64,000 nucleotides of DNA from an uncultured Candidatus Saccharibacteria bacterium (GCA_964641225.1 CAZXKC010000001.1:131602-195601), one strand, 5' to 3'. Shown: positions 42,324 through 53,218, counted from the stretch's first letter. Notes: generated from the letters alone by a model not told the origin. Translations and numbers: made by a program.

Positions 42324-42442
42324 GATTTTCTGAGTTTCTATTGTAGTAGTTGCGCAAGGGATCTAATCCGGGCCTGTTTTGCGCGTCCTATAGAGTAATG
42401 GCCTGGTGCAAAAAAATTTAAAAAGGAGTAGTATTATTTCCT

Positions 42443-43240
42443 ATGGAAAACATCATTGAGGTAAAGAATCTCGTTAAGAAATTTGGTGATTTTACGGCGG
42501 TGAGTGATACGACGTTTAGCGTGAAGCGAGGAGAGATTTTTGCATTTCTTGGCCCAAATGGCGCCGGTAAAAGCACGACTATTAAAATGCTCACAACACT
42601 TTTAAAGCCGACAAGCGGTACGATTACAATCGACGGGAAAGATCCGCAATATGATCAAGATGCTGTGCGAACTATGTTTGGGATTGTGTTTCAGGACCCA
42701 AGCTTGGACGACGAGTTGACTGCGCAAGAGAATATGGAGTTGCACGGAGTTCTGTATGGAGTTCCGGCTGCACTGCGTCACACGCGTATCGACGAGATGC
42801 TCAAGTTTGTTGATTTGTGGGATCGCAAGGATGACCTGGTAAAACATTTTTCTGGAGGTATGAAGCGGCGACTGGAGATTGCGCGCGGATTGCTGCATCA
42901 TCCGAAGATTTTATTTTTAGACGAGCCAACGCTTGGTCTTGATCCGCAGACGCGTAATCATATTTGGGCGTATATTCAAAAGCTTAATAAGGAAGAGGGC
43001 ATGACAATCTTTTTGACGACGCACTATATGGAGGAGGCTGATAAGATTGCAAATACCGTTTCGATTATTGATCACGGTAAAATTATTGCGAGCGGTTCTT
43101 CGGCTGAGCTGAAGAAGAAGACGGGCACAATATCTCTTGAAGAGGCATTTTTGTCGCTGACCGGTCACGCAATTCGTGAAGAGGAGGCGACGGCGAAAGA
43201 TCATATGCGCGCCATGAGTAAGATGTGGGGAAGGAAGTAG
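42443..43240 (+). CDS. ABC transporter ATP-binding protein (DrrA-like)
   Basis: GPNGAGKST, FSGGMKRRLEIARG, TTHYMEEA. Confidence 0.95.
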   Translation: MENIIEVKNLVKKFGDFTAVSDTTFSVKRGEIFAFLGPNGAGKSTTIKMLTTLLKPTSGTITIDGKDPQYDQDAVRTMFGIVFQDPSLDDELTAQENMELHGVLYGVPAALRHTRIDEMLKFVDLWDRKDDLVKHFSGGMKRRLEIARGLLHHPKILFLDEPTLGLDPQTRNHIWAYIQKLNKEEGMTIFLTTHYMEEADKIANTVSIIDHGKIIASGSSAELKKKTGTISLEEAFLSLTGHAIREEEATAKDHMRAMSKMWGRK

Positions 43241-43287
43241 GGAACGATACATTATAAATTTGAAATTAATAATTTAAAATTGAAAGT

Positions 43288-44037
43288 ATGCAAGTTCTCT
43301 ATATTCTCTGGCTGCGTCAAATTAAGCGTTATTTTCGCTCACGGGCTCGATTAATCGGTTCGCTTGGGCAGCCAATTTTATTTTTGGTTGCACTCGGTTA
43401 CGGCTTTGGGCCAATTTTTTCACAGGCCGGCGGCGGTAACTATATCCAGTTTTTGGCTCCGGGCGTGATTGGCATGGGTATTATCTTTACAGCTATTTTT
43501 TCCGGTATTGAGGTGATTTGGGATAAGCAATTCGGGTTTCTGAAAGAAACGCTGGTGGCTCCGGTAACGCGTACAAAGATTATGATCGGTCGTACGCTCG
43601 GAGGTGCGACGGTTGCCACACTGCAGGGAGTACTCGTCTTCGTTATCTCATTGTTTGTTGGTTTTCGTCCGGAAAGTTTCCTTAGTGTGCTTGGCGCTCT
43701 TCTGATCATGTTCCTGGTTGCCGTTGTATTTACGGCACTTGGTACGGCGATCGCCTCGATGCTTGATGATATGCAGGGGTTCCAGCTGATCATGAATTTC
43801 TTGGTGATGCCGTTATTTTTCCTCTCTGGCGCCCTGTTTCCGCTTGAAGGTTTACCGGCTGGTATTAAGGCGGTTGCAATTATTGATCCGCTTTCATATG
43901 GTATCGACGCACTGCGCGGGCTGCTTATCGGCATGCCGTATCATTTTAGTTTGGCAATCGACTTTGTAGTCCTTGCAGGGTTGTGTGTACTCTTTTTGGG
44001 GATTGGTAGTTACTTGTTTAAAAAGATCCAGGTCTAA
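43288..44037 (+). CDS. ABC-2 type permease (DrrB-like)
   Basis: 6 TM; FGFLKETLVAP, FLSGALFP, PLSYGIDALR. Confidence 0.93.
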   Translation: MQVLYILWLRQIKRYFRSRARLIGSLGQPILFLVALGYGFGPIFSQAGGGNYIQFLAPGVIGMGIIFTAIFSGIEVIWDKQFGFLKETLVAPVTRTKIMIGRTLGGATVATLQGVLVFVISLFVGFRPESFLSVLGALLIMFLVAVVFTALGTAIASMLDDMQGFQLIMNFLVMPLFFLSGALFPLEGLPAGIKAVAIIDPLSYGIDALRGLLIGMPYHFSLAIDFVVLAGLCVLFLGIGSYLFKKIQV

Positions 44038-44247
44038 AAATTTTAGCCACATCTGTCTGCATGTTGTTATAAAAGGTCGGTAGTTTGTGTAGTAGATAGA
44101 ATACAATGCGCGCTGCAACCCTTCGGGATCAGGCCAATTTCCGCCATCTCTTCGTCGGAACGTCCTCGAAGTGAGTAAACCCACTCCTTGCGGTGTTCCT
44201 TCTCGAGCTGACAGAACTTGGCCTAGATCGCGTAACAAAGCATATTT

Positions 44248-44817
44248 ATGACACAGGACTTAACCGACGAGGAAATCGCGGCGCTTGTACAAAAAGGCGA
44301 TGTTGATGCCTTTGGGGAACTGATTGCGCGCTTTGATCAAAAAATGACGCGATATGCCCGGAAATTTCTCTTCCAGGGCGAGGACGTAAAAGATCTCGTA
44401 CAAGAGGTTTTTATAAAGGCATACGTGAATATCAAGAGTTTTGACGCGGCGCGCCGTTTTTCGCCGTGGCTGTATCGTATTGCTCATAACGAGTTTATTA
44501 ATGCCGTTAAAAAGAAAAGCAGATTGCCGTTTTTTTCGTTTGATTTTGATACTGTATTACCGCAACTTGTTGCGCCTGAAACTGCAGACGGAGAGATGGC
44601 AAAGGCCGAGATCAAAATTATGCTGGATCGCTGTCTTGATAAGCTGAGTCCGAAATATCGTGAGCCACTTGTTTTGTATTATATTGAGGAGATGGATTAT
44701 AAGGAGATCGCCGAGATTTTAAAGCTGCCGGTTGCCACTGTGGGCGTGCGTCTGAACAGAGGTAAGGCGATGCTACGAAAGGTCGTAACTACATTAACTA
44801 CTGAATATGGAAAATAA
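44248..44817 (+). CDS. ECF sigma factor
   Basis: DLVQEVFIKAY, FSPWLYRIAHN, YKEIAEIL..TVGVRLNRG. Confidence 0.93.
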   Translation: MTQDLTDEEIAALVQKGDVDAFGELIARFDQKMTRYARKFLFQGEDVKDLVQEVFIKAYVNIKSFDAARRFSPWLYRIAHNEFINAVKKKSRLPFFSFDFDTVLPQLVAPETADGEMAKAEIKIMLDRCLDKLSPKYREPLVLYYIEEMDYKEIAEILKLPVATVGVRLNRGKAMLRKVVTTLTTEYGK

Positions 44818-45496
44818 CACATCATTTAAACAAGAGGTTTTAGAGGCGATTAAAGAGCGTCATGTGGCAATGCGTCCGCGGTGGCAATTTATACTTGCCG
44901 GCGTACTCGCAGTGATCGGTGGAATTTTGATTGCACTGGTGCTTCTGTATTTAGTTAGTTTTATTATCTTTGTGCTGCGGCAGACGGGTGTTGGCTTTGT
45001 TCCAAGCTTTGGAGCGCGCGGCTGGTTTGCCTTTTTTGTATCCCTGCCGTGGCTTTTAATCTTATTTGCGACGATATTTGTCGTGATTTTAGAGATTTTG
45101 GTGCGTCGTTATGCATTTGCGTATCGCCGGCCGCTGCTCTATTCGGTATGTTGTATTCTTGCGCTTGTAATCGTCGGAGGATTTTTTGTTGCCTCGACGC
45201 CGCTGCACCGAAAACTTTTTGTATCGGCCGAAGAGCAGCATCTACCGTTTGGGGCACCGTTCTATCGGGGATTTGGCGATCGCGAGTTTGGAAATATTTT
45301 CCGCGGGCGAGTAGTGGCAACAACAACCGAGGGATTTGTGCTTCAGGGGCGCCGCGGACCGCTGATGATTATTGTTACGCCTCAAACCCAGTTGCCGTTT
45401 GATACGGAGTTTTTGCCGGGCAATATCGTTGTTGTTTTTGGTGATCGCTCAAGCAGTACTATTGAGGCGGTTGGTGTGCGAACTATTGGTGAGTAG
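44807..45496 (+). CDS. Membrane protein coupled to the ECF sigma (possible anti-sigma)
   Basis: Overlaps sigma stop; three TM segments. Confidence 0.65.
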   Translation: MENNTSFKQEVLEAIKERHVAMRPRWQFILAGVLAVIGGILIALVLLYLVSFIIFVLRQTGVGFVPSFGARGWFAFFVSLPWLLILFATIFVVILEILVRRYAFAYRRPLLYSVCCILALVIVGGFFVASTPLHRKLFVSAEEQHLPFGAPFYRGFGDREFGNIFRGRVVATTTEGFVLQGRRGPLMIIVTPQTQLPFDTEFLPGNIVVVFGDRSSSTIEAVGVRTIGE

Positions 45497-45623
45497 CCAT
45501 GTCATCGCTCTATGCGATGGAGATTTACTAGATGAAATAAAAATAGAGCTTCTCTGTACTATATAGTGTAAGCGCTTATACATTATTAGTTTAAGTATCA
45601 CGTAGTAATACGCTATAGAACAC

Positions 45624-46061
45624 ATGAAAAGGAAAGTATTAACATATGCAGCCGCATCTGCCGTTGGTCTGAGTTTACTCGGCGCCGGCGTTGCCTCGGC
45701 TCATGGGATGTTTGGATTTGCTCCGACATTAACCGCAGAACAGATCGCCACGAATCAGCAGACGATGTTTCAGAAAGAGGCGGAACTGCTTGGTATTAGT
45801 GTCGATGCTATAAAGACCGGTTGGGCACAAGGTCAGAGCGTGAAGGAGATTGCCGCTGCAAACGGCATCAGCGAGGATCAGCTTAAATTAAAAATGCAGG
45901 CCGCGGCTGATGCTGCGATTAAGACTCGCTTGCAGGCGCTGGTTGATAAGGGCGTGATCACGCAGGATCAAATGAACCAGCGGCTAACGTTTATGCAGGC
46001 ACAGCAGTCTAAAATGAAGGGCGGTAAAGGTCGTATGGGTCGCGGATTTGGTTTCTTCTAA
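45624..46061 (+). CDS. Hypothetical exported helical protein
   Basis: Signal peptide ending ASA; 'AELLGIS', 'LVDKGVITQDQ'. Confidence 0.75.
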   Translation: MKRKVLTYAAASAVGLSLLGAGVASAHGMFGFAPTLTAEQIATNQQTMFQKEAELLGISVDAIKTGWAQGQSVKEIAAANGISEDQLKLKMQAAADAAIKTRLQALVDKGVITQDQMNQRLTFMQAQQSKMKGGKGRMGRGFGFF

Positions 46062-46145
46062 TGGTACGTACTATCGGTCCGCTGTCTCAGTGAGGGGAGG
46101 GCGGACCGGTGTGTTTTATTCTGAGTCTTGTGCTAGCATACCCCT

Positions 46146-47828
46146 ATGTCATTATTTAGTACTATGTTTCGCAGGCTTGCTGCCCATAAAGTACTCACTG
46201 CTTTTGTAATTATCGTCGTGGGTAGTGGTGCATATTTGCTGGTTAAAAAAAGCAGCGCGACGGCAACTGAAACTCGCTACGTGCTTTCTGAGGTTTCGAA
46301 GGGTACGCTGATTGCCTCTGTTTCCGGAACTGGGCAGGTTTCGGTTTCAAACCAAGTCGATGTGAAGCCAAAGGCCTCCGGAGATGTCATTGCCGTGAGC
46401 GTGGTTCAGGGTCAATACGTTACTGCCGGCCAGATGATTGCGCAGCTTGATACCGCCGAGGCACAAAAGTCTGTGCGTGATGCTGAGGTGAGTTTGCAAT
46501 CTACGCAGCTGAGTTTTGATAAAGCAAAGCAGTCAAGCGCAGACTTGGAAACAATTACGCAGAATGCGTTTGCAGATCTTTCAAATGCATTTTTAGATTT
46601 TCCGGCTATTGTCAGCGGCTCGGCCGATATTATTTTGGGGAGTACGATTAACACGCGTTCACAGGATAACGCCTCGTATTATAAGGATTATGTCGGGCAG
46701 CTTGATTATCAGAATTATTTAAAAGTTTCTGGTCTTGCTGACTTAGCAACAAAGGACGTTAAAGCCGCTCAAAGTAGTTACGAGGAGGCGTTATCGATAT
46801 ATAAAAATACAGATCGTTCTGCTGATTCTGTCTTAGCGCAGAATTTACTTACGAAGGCGCTGAGTGCAACCCAGAAATTGGCCCAGGCGCTTAAGAGTGA
46901 ACAGAATTTAATTGATTATCTATTTGATTATCAGCTGACATATAACCGGCCACCGCTTCCGGCGTTGGTTACGACATATAAAAATAATATTCGTACCTAT
47001 CTTGGGCAGGTTAATAATCATCTCTCTAGCTTAACGAGTGCGCGTAATAATATTGAAAATGTTCCACTTGATATAAAGTCCCAGGAACTTTCACTGATGC
47101 AGCGCCAAAATGCTCTGCAGGATGCTAAGGACGCGCTCGCTCATTATTATATTCGAGCTCCGTTTAGCGGCATTGTTGCAAAATTAAATGTTAAACGAGG
47201 CGATTCGGTTTCTTCGGGTACTGCCGTTGCAACAGTTATTACGACTCAAAAAATCGCACAAATTTCCTTGAATGAGGTGGACATCGCGAAAGTTTCTCTC
47301 GGACAGAAGGCGACGCTTACGTTTGATGCGGTGCCCGATTTAACAATTACCGGTTCAGTGAACCTGATTGATTCGCTGGGGACGGCTTCTCAGGGAGTGG
47401 TAACTTATGTTGTGACGATTGTGTTTGATACGCAGGATACGCGGATTAAGCCGGGTATGAGCGTGTCTGCGTCAGTTATTACGAGTGCAAAACACGATAT
47501 ACTCTTAATCCCTAATTCTGCCGTTAAGGCAACGGGTGGTACTAATTACGTTGAATTATTCGAATCATCCGAAGGCGTCCCAAGTTCTACTGCTCTGACT
47601 GGTCAAGGAGTTGTCTCGCCCGTTTTGCCGACACGGCAGAGTATCGAGATTGGGTTAAGTAACGATACAATGACGGAGGTGGTGGGCGGATTAACTGAGG
47701 GCGAGGTGATTGTAGCGCGAACGATAGCCGGTTCTGCAACAACCGCTGCTACTACAAATAGTTCCGCATTTCGTCTGCCGGGAATCGGCGGCGCAACTGG
47801 TGGTGCTGTGCGCGTTATAGGGCGCTAA
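46146..47828 (+). CDS. Efflux periplasmic adaptor (MacA/HlyD-like)
   Basis: Lipoyl half-motifs, long coiled coil, IRAPFSG, IKPGMS. Confidence 0.9.
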   Translation: MSLFSTMFRRLAAHKVLTAFVIIVVGSGAYLLVKKSSATATETRYVLSEVSKGTLIASVSGTGQVSVSNQVDVKPKASGDVIAVSVVQGQYVTAGQMIAQLDTAEAQKSVRDAEVSLQSTQLSFDKAKQSSADLETITQNAFADLSNAFLDFPAIVSGSADIILGSTINTRSQDNASYYKDYVGQLDYQNYLKVSGLADLATKDVKAAQSSYEEALSIYKNTDRSADSVLAQNLLTKALSATQKLAQALKSEQNLIDYLFDYQLTYNRPPLPALVTTYKNNIRTYLGQVNNHLSSLTSARNNIENVPLDIKSQELSLMQRQNALQDAKDALAHYYIRAPFSGIVAKLNVKRGDSVSSGTAVATVITTQKIAQISLNEVDIAKVSLGQKATLTFDAVPDLTITGSVNLIDSLGTASQGVVTYVVTIVFDTQDTRIKPGMSVSASVITSAKHDILLIPNSAVKATGGTNYVELFESSEGVPSSTALTGQGVVSPVLPTRQSIEIGLSNDTMTEVVGGLTEGEVIVARTIAGSATTAATTNSSAFRLPGIGGATGGAVRVIGR

Positions 47829-47842
47829 GTTTTATTGAACGC

Positions 47843-48565
47843 ATGATTGAGTGTAAGAATATTGTGAAAACATATGTAAGCGGAGACGTACAAACAGATG
47901 TACTTAAGGGCGTTTCGTTTTCGGTGAAAGAGGGTGAGTTTGTGGCCATTATGGGCCCCTCTGGGAGCGGTAAGTCTACGCTGATGCATATTTTAGGAGC
48001 GCTTGATACCCCGACGTCGGGGTCGTATGTGCTTGACGGTCATGATGTATCAACGCTGTCTGATGATGCGCTGGCAGATATGCGTCGTAAGAAAATTGGG
48101 TTTGTGTTTCAATCGTTTAATTTGCTCGCGCGTTCAAGCGTGCTGCGTAACGTCATGCTGCCGCTGATGTATGCCGGGACACCGAAGGCTCAGCGTGCTG
48201 CGTTTGCCCAGAAAGCGTTAACTGCCGCCGGTCTTGAAAAAAATAGATGGGAGCATCTTTCGAATCAACTTTCGGGCGGTCAGATGCAGCGCGTTGCAAT
48301 CGCACGCGCCCTTGTTAACCGGCCGAGTATTATTTTGGCAGACGAGCCAACGGGCAACTTAGATAGTAAAACCGGCGAGATTGTACTCGGTACATTTCAG
48401 CATCTGAATCAGCACGAGGGGCATACCATTGTTTTGATCACGCACGAGCGATATGTGGCTGAGCATGCCGATCGAATTATTCATATTCAAGATGGTTTGA
48501 TTTTAGAGGACAAGAAAAATGTACATAAGCGCGTTGTAGTTGCGCATCACCACCTACCAGCATGA
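47843..48565 (+). CDS. MacB/LolD-type ABC ATPase
   Basis: [34 protein letters not shown]. Confidence 0.95.
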   Translation: MIECKNIVKTYVSGDVQTDVLKGVSFSVKEGEFVAIMGPSGSGKSTLMHILGALDTPTSGSYVLDGHDVSTLSDDALADMRRKKIGFVFQSFNLLARSSVLRNVMLPLMYAGTPKAQRAAFAQKALTAAGLEKNRWEHLSNQLSGGQMQRVAIARALVNRPSIILADEPTGNLDSKTGEIVLGTFQHLNQHEGHTIVLITHERYVAEHADRIIHIQDGLILEDKKNVHKRVVVAHHHLPA

Positions 48566-49785
48566 GTATTATCGATTTGCTCGAAGAGACATATGCCTCG
48601 CTTACCGCTAATAAAGTGCGCACCGGGTTAACTATGCTGGGTATTATTATCGGTATCGGCTCGGTGATCGCAATGATTTCCGTTGGTCAAGGCGCACAGA
48701 CTTCAATACAAGCGAGTATTCAATCAATTGGTTCTAATTTATTGCTTGTGACACCGGGGGCGCAGCGCGGTGCTGGCGTACAAATTTCAGCGGGGCGTGG
48801 CTCTGGCCAGAGCTTGACGCAGGGTGATGCAGATGCGATTGCTGCCGAGATAACGCTCGCACAGGCGGTTGCTCCGGAGATTTCTCGGCGCTACCAGGTT
48901 ACGGCGCGTGGCACTAATACGAATACTCAGGTTGTTGGCACCGTATCAACGTATCCTGATGTTCGCAATGTTGTGCTTGATACTGGATCGTTTATTGCTG
49001 ATCAGCACAGTAAGAGTTTATCTAAGGTTGCCGTGCTTGGTCCAACGACACGTGATGATTTGTTTGGCGCAGATGCTGATGCGATAGGGCAGTCTATTAG
49101 AATAAACAAGGTTGATTTTAAAGTTATCGGGATTACTAAGGCAAAAGGAGGGACGGGGTTTGGTAGTCAGGACGACATGATATTTATTCCGCTTTCAACT
49201 GCACAGCGATTTTTGGCCGGTGATAATTATGTAACTACAATTAGTATTAAGGCGCGCAGCGCAGACGTGATGAGCGATATACAGCAGCAGGTGACTAGTC
49301 TGTTGCTTGATCGACATCACATTAGTGATCCACAGGGGGCGGATTTTAGCGTCTTGAATCAAACTGACATTGTGGCCACTGCTTCATCTATAACCGGAAC
49401 ATTTACTATCCTGCTTGGTGCGATTGCCGGCATTTCGTTGTTAGTGGGCGGTATCGGTATCATGAATATGATGTTAACCACGGTTACGGAACGCACGCGC
49501 GAGATTGGTTTGCGTAAAGCTATTGGAGCAAAAAAGAAGGATATTAGTGTTCAATTTTTAGTTGAATCGGTCGCACTGACATTTTTGGGAGGCGTGCTTG
49601 GTCTTGCGCTCGGATGGATCATTGCATTTGCAGTCACGCAACTGGCCGGTATTGCTACGACTGTTTCAACCTCTTCTGTCGTGCTCGCCTTTGGGGTCTC
49701 TGCCGGTATCGGTATTATGTTCGGATATTATCCTGCGCGCCGCGCCGCCTCACTTAATCCCATAGAGGCGTTGCGGTACGAGTAA
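48562..49785 (+). CDS. MacB-type ABC permease
   Basis: LTMLGIIIG, GGIGIMNMM..ERTREIGLRKAIGA, PIEALRYE. Confidence 0.95.
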   Translation: MSIIDLLEETYASLTANKVRTGLTMLGIIIGIGSVIAMISVGQGAQTSIQASIQSIGSNLLLVTPGAQRGAGVQISAGRGSGQSLTQGDADAIAAEITLAQAVAPEISRRYQVTARGTNTNTQVVGTVSTYPDVRNVVLDTGSFIADQHSKSLSKVAVLGPTTRDDLFGADADAIGQSIRINKVDFKVIGITKAKGGTGFGSQDDMIFIPLSTAQRFLAGDNYVTTISIKARSADVMSDIQQQVTSLLLDRHHISDPQGADFSVLNQTDIVATASSITGTFTILLGAIAGISLLVGGIGIMNMMLTTVTERTREIGLRKAIGAKKKDISVQFLVESVALTFLGGVLGLALGWIIAFAVTQLAGIATTVSTSSVVLAFGVSAGIGIMFGYYPARRAASLNPIEALRYE

Positions 49786-49817
49786 CAGTATTAATACCTA
49801 ATTACGTATGAATATAT

Positions 49818-50261
49818 ATGCATAAAAAAATTATTACACCTATTATTATTTCAGTGCTTGTCGCAGGTGGTCTTGGTTTTTTCGCAGGATCGCAGTACGC
49901 GAAGCGTAGCGTATCGACTCAGGCTGCTCAGTTCCGCGGTCAGTTTGGATCTCAGAATGGAGGCTTTGGTGGTCAGGGTAGCCAGGGCGGTATTCGTATG
50001 CGTGGGGCCGGTGGCGGCGTAGTCATGGGCGATATTCTTTCGAAAGACGCTACAAGCATAACGGTGAGCATGCAAAGCGGCGGCTCAAAGATAGTCTTTC
50101 TTTCGAATGGTACGGCGATCGCAAAATCAGTCTCTGGTTCGGCGAGTGACTTAGTAATTGGTGAGCATGTTTTGATAAATGGTACAGCAAATTCTGATGG
50201 AAGTTTAACCGCGCAGATGATACAATTACGTCCATCGGTAGCGTCTTCTACGCTCCGCTAA
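49818..50261 (+). CDS. Hypothetical anchored protein with Gly-rich linker (DUF5666-like OB fold)
   Basis: N-terminal TM; 'G..V.ING..NSDGSLTA..IQ'. Confidence 0.65.
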   Translation: MHKKIITPIIISVLVAGGLGFFAGSQYAKRSVSTQAAQFRGQFGSQNGGFGGQGSQGGIRMRGAGGGVVMGDILSKDATSITVSMQSGGSKIVFLSNGTAIAKSVSGSASDLVIGEHVLINGTANSDGSLTAQMIQLRPSVASSTLR

Positions 50262-50291
50262 ACGCATACGCCCATCAGAGGCGTGATAGGT

Positions 50292-50993
50292 ATGGAACGA
50301 GAAACTATTGTATGTATCCCTGGATTAGGTGGCCATCGCAGTGCATTTAAAGGCTACGCAGAACTTTTGTCGGATCACCAATTCCGATATATTGAGGTTG
50401 CCAATTGGAAGGAGGCGTTTATAGAGCTCAAGGCGATTGTTGCCAAAGAAGGCAAGGTCACGCTGCTATGTCACTGTTACGGGACGCAGTTGGGTTTGCG
50501 CCTGGTACAGGCAATGCCCGGATCAGTCTCTCGCCTTGTTCTTATTGAGCCATTTTTTGCGCAACTGCACCGGTGGCGGTGGCCTGCGCGCCTTATTAAT
50601 ACGATTCTCGTATTATTTTTTACGATCACTGATTGGTTTGGGCTTCGGCGCCGAACTTTTCCGTATAAGCACCGCATTGATTACGGACAACTCGCAAAAT
50701 ATCCGCTTATATTTCAGCCGTTTTTTGATATGCGTTGGCAAAGTCTGACAGATTATTTTCTTAAAACAAATGATCTGCTTACATTTAAACTTCCTGAGCG
50801 AGTAACTACAAAAACATTATTTGTGTTATCGCCCAAAGGGTATTTTAGGAGTCTGCGTGACAAGAAGCGCGTGTTTCGAATTTTTGAAAATGCTGATGTT
50901 GCTGAGATCTCGGCGATGAGCCATAACATTATCAGTATCGCGCCGCATGCGGTCGTAGCGCCGATTGAACACTGGCTTAAAAGCAGTCAGTAG
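50292..50993 (+). CDS. Alpha/beta hydrolase-fold protein
   Basis: IPGLGG, CHCYG elbow, RLVLIEP, C-terminal His. Confidence 0.7.
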   Translation: MERETIVCIPGLGGHRSAFKGYAELLSDHQFRYIEVANWKEAFIELKAIVAKEGKVTLLCHCYGTQLGLRLVQAMPGSVSRLVLIEPFFAQLHRWRWPARLINTILVLFFTITDWFGLRRRTFPYKHRIDYGQLAKYPLIFQPFFDMRWQSLTDYFLKTNDLLTFKLPERVTTKTLFVLSPKGYFRSLRDKKRVFRIFENADVAEISAMSHNIISIAPHAVVAPIEHWLKSSQ

Positions 50994-51002
50994 GTTTAGA
51001 TT

Positions 51003-51290
51003 TTAGGGGATATTATTTTTTCGTTGTCTGGCAGCACTGTTGATCATGCTGATTTTTTGCGCTCGGGATAATTTTTTGATCGCTATTTCGCGGGAGAGGG
51101 CTTTTCCTTTGCTGCGAAATGTTTGCGTAAATATAATTGTATCTGGCGGGTGCGAACGCGTATATTTAGCGCCGGTGCCACGCATATGTGCTTTGAGGCG
51201 CTTTTTTAAGTCGTTAGTAATGCCGGTATAGAGGGTTTTATCTTTGCACAGAAGAATATATACGACATATGTCTTTCGGAGACGTTTCAT
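51003..51290 (-). CDS. GIY-YIG nuclease (UPF0213)
   Basis: VYIL..LYTGITNDL..R..H..GAKYTR, ALSRE..IKKL. Confidence 0.92.
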   Translation of the reverse strand: MKRLRKTYVVYILLCKDKTLYTGITNDLKKRLKAHMRGTGAKYTRSHPPDTIIFTQTFRSKGKALSREIAIKKLSRAQKISMINSAARQRKNNIP

Positions 51291-51362
51291 CTGTTGATTT
51301 TATCAGTAGGAGTTGATATTGCGCAATTTTTTCTCTATTTATGCTAAGCTACCAGGACTTCT

Positions 51363-52619
51363 ATGGATGCAGATACACAGTGGGATGTTGCGGTAATCGG
51401 AGGCGGTCCGGCAGGTATGATGGCTGCAGGGCAGGCTGCTGCGCTTGGTGCGCGCGTTATTTTGATTGAGAAAAACCCGACCCTTGGTAAGAAGCTGCTC
51501 ATTACCGGCGGCGGTCGTTGCAACGTCACTAACGCCGAACCAGATATGCGGAAGTTTTTGGCTAAGTTTGAAAAGAATGATAAATTTCTTTTTTCGGCTT
51601 TTTCACAACATGCAGTCGCTGATACGCTTGAATTTTTCAAAACGCATGAGATGCCAACGAAAGTTGAAGCTAACGGGCGTGTGTTTCCCGTAAGTGATAG
51701 CGCGCAATCAGTGTGGGATGTCTTAGCTGATGTGATGAAGAAAGGTAAGGTGCGTGTCGTAAAGAAATCTCCAGTTAAACGACTTGTTGTAAAAGAAGGT
51801 GTCGTGGAGGCTGTGCGGTTAGAAAATGGTGAGGATATTCGCGCCCGTTCCTTTATTTTGGCTACCGGCGGAAAGTCGAGACCTGAAACCGGTTCGACCG
51901 GTGATGGTTTTGCGTGGCTTAAAGAAATTGGGCACACCGTCGTCGAGCAGGATGCGGCGCTTGTGCCTGTTGCAATCAAGGATGCATGGGTTAAGCGGTT
52001 GCAAGGTGTAAGCCTGGCGGAGATTAAGCTGAGCGTATATCAAGGCGGGCAAAAGCAGGGAAGTCGTGAAGGAAAAATGTTATTTACTCATTTTGGTGTC
52101 AGCGGTCCCGCCGTTTTGAATCTTAGTCGCGAAATTGGCGAGTTGCTTAAATATGGAGACGTTGCGCTCTCGCTGGATTTGTTACCAAGTCTTGATCAAG
52201 ACAAGGTTGATCTTAAAATTCAGCAGGCATTCAAGCTTGATGCAAATAAGAAATTTAAAAATGTAATCAGCCAGATAGTGCCGTCTGCGCTCGGTCCTGT
52301 GATAGTTGAGCTTTCTAAGATCAGCCCCGATCTGTTTTGCCATAGCGTTACGCGTGAGCAGCGGTTGCGACTTGTAAAATTGCTTAAGGATATGCCAATG
52401 AATGTCGATAAGCTGCTCGGAGTAGATAAGGCTATCGTAACCAGCGGTGGCGTGGCGTTGACCGAAGTCGATTTTAAAACTATGCGTTCTCGCAAATTTG
52501 AAAATCTATATATAGTAGGCGATATGCTCAATATTAGTCGTCCGTCGGGAGGATATAGTTTGCAGCTGTGCTGGACTACGGGTTTTATTGCAGGAGTTGA
52601 TTCTGCTAAAAGGGTGTGA
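51363..52619 (+). CDS. HI0933/BaiN family flavoprotein
   Basis: GKKLLITGGGRCNVTN, TGSTGDG, LFTHFGVSGP, GGYSLQ. Confidence 0.93.
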   Translation: MDADTQWDVAVIGGGPAGMMAAGQAAALGARVILIEKNPTLGKKLLITGGGRCNVTNAEPDMRKFLAKFEKNDKFLFSAFSQHAVADTLEFFKTHEMPTKVEANGRVFPVSDSAQSVWDVLADVMKKGKVRVVKKSPVKRLVVKEGVVEAVRLENGEDIRARSFILATGGKSRPETGSTGDGFAWLKEIGHTVVEQDAALVPVAIKDAWVKRLQGVSLAEIKLSVYQGGQKQGSREGKMLFTHFGVSGPAVLNLSREIGELLKYGDVALSLDLLPSLDQDKVDLKIQQAFKLDANKKFKNVISQIVPSALGPVIVELSKISPDLFCHSVTREQRLRLVKLLKDMPMNVDKLLGVDKAIVTSGGVALTEVDFKTMRSRKFENLYIVGDMLNISRPSGGYSLQLCWTTGFIAGVDSAKRV

Positions 52620-52684
52620 AGGTACCCAAAAACCAGCGCACTGTCGGAAATCGCGACAGCACGCTGGTTTTTGGGTACTATGCG

Positions 52685-52840
52685 CTATCCGGATACTGGG
52701 TTTCTGCCCTGAATAATTCGGATAAGAAACATGATGATGGCGACCACTAGCAGAACGTGGATCAGACCGCCGATCGTGTATGAGGTGACCAGACCGAGAA
52801 GCCACAAGACGATCAGAACAGTTGCGATAGTAAGAAGCAT
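52685..52840 (-). CDS. lmo0937-family small membrane protein (51 aa; absent from ORF track)
   Basis: Manual translation MLLTIATVLIVLWLLGLVTSYTIGGLIHVLLVVAIIMFLIRIIQGRNPVSG. Confidence 0.85.
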   Translation of the reverse strand: MLLTIATVLIVLWLLGLVTSYTIGGLIHVLLVVAIIMFLIRIIQGRNPVSG

Positions 52841-52954
52841 TGGTTTTTTAGATTAATTATAAAACCGTCGATTTCACGATGATTTCTTCATGTAGTAATT
52901 AAGACGAAGAGTGCGGTGTTCTATTAAATCCTTCTGATATGTTAGGATGTATAT

Positions 52955-53218
52955 ATGTTGTGGCAAGATTACGTGCTGACGGTTGGATCGCTTGTATTTG
53001 TAATTTCTTTGATTCCGGCTACATTTTCTAAAGATAAGCCGCCATTTTTAACGAGCGTACCGACATTCTTTTTCCTGTACTTATTTGCCGGCGTATATTT
53101 AACGCTTTCCCTCTGGTTATCAGCAATTACGACGTTTTTAACCGGTACGATGTGGTTCATCTTAGCGATCCAAAAATATAGGCAAAACAAGCTGTTGCAT
53201 AATTCACACCTGAAATAA
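52955..53218 (+). CDS. Small 3-TM membrane protein
   Basis: Hydrophobic 87-aa ORF. Confidence 0.65.
   Translation: MLWQDYVLTVGSLVFVISLIPATFSKDKPPFLTSVPTFFFLYLFAGVYLTLSLWLSAITTFLTGTMWFILAIQKYRQNKLLHNSHLK

Noticed and set aside
51003-51290. GIY-YIG gene as a homing endonuclease
   Set aside because: Short stand-alone UPF0213 type with no intron context.
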